This document shows positions 63,546 to 64,000 of a stretch of DNA of 64,000 nt, piece after piece. The translations under genes were made by a program, and so were the position numbers. Source of the DNA: Podarcis liolepis (lineage: Eukaryota); NCBI GenBank assembly GCA_965112155.1, contig OZ218098.1. One strand, 5' to 3'. The number at the start of each line of letters is the position of its first letter. Position 1 is the first letter of the stretch. The notes under the pieces were generated by a model. It was not told the DNA's origin, did not search any database, and saw nothing but the letters and a program-made list of their open reading frames with translations.

Positions 63546-64000
63546 AATACAACTAGATTTTTAATGCTATATATAAACTATAGACGACTCACAACATACA
63601 CCGGGATTGCATTCTGGGGATAGTGCGTAAACCCCAAATTGTGTATAGTCACAACACATTGAGTTCAATGGTGGGTGGGATTGCCAAAGTCTTTTTTCCT
63701 GGATGCCCACCCCCTTTCTTTTTAAAAACTGCCAAGCATATAAAGCTGAATGCACACAACTGAAATGCACGTAAGTTGTGAGTTACTTGTATGCTATGTC
63801 TAACCTACCCCCCTTTAACAAAAAGGAACCAGCCCTTCCACCTCAGCTTGCATAGACTGGCACTTCTTAACTATGACCACTGTTACCCTCCTTGATTTAA
63901 ACATGCCGGGGGCACAGAATTGATCCCCTCAATCCATATGCTGTTCAGTAAGTTATGTGTTAGCAATTTTTGGTGGATTTCCTGCAACAAAATTATGCCT

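Larger units (their letters stand above)
10703..64000 (-). other. MEIS2: Large MEIS2 intron upstream of the homeodomain exon (more than 53 kb, runs off the window)
   Basis: I found no sequence encoding the preceding [23 protein letters not shown] exon. Vertebrate MEIS2 is known to have very long introns here. Confidence 0.8.

Noticed and set aside
1-64000. A novel multi-gene or prokaryote-style system (operon, CRISPR array, defence locus)
   Set aside because: This is vertebrate intronic DNA. There are no long ORFs and no regular repeat-spacer array. The dispersed repeats have TIRs/TSDs or LINE/SINE tails.

Overview
Vertebrate nuclear DNA: AT-rich, CpG-depleted, with four assembly gaps. The repeat content (CR1, L2, RTE-X/L1 remnants, Squam3-like and MIR-like SINEs, many hAT and Tigger/pogo-type MITEs) points to a squamate, probably a lacertid lizard. 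The only supportable host coding sequence is one 77-nt minus-strand exon (10626-10702) encoding [26 protein letters not shown], the core of the MEIS TALE homeodomain. Its nucleotide sequence fits MEIS2 (equivalent of human exon 9). The ORF track misses it, and the listed ORFs are chance or transposon remnants. The rest of the window is therefore two very large MEIS2 introns. I found no new multi-gene system. The best leads are non-coding: a MEIS/PBX-HOX composite site, a candidate recursive or cryptic splice site, a pre-miRNA-like hairpin, a templated 46-bp duplication next to a perfect palindrome, five hAT MITEs of exactly 136 bp with four different ends, and a CpG-rich promoter-like transposon fragment. 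Conservation and expression could not be tested here.
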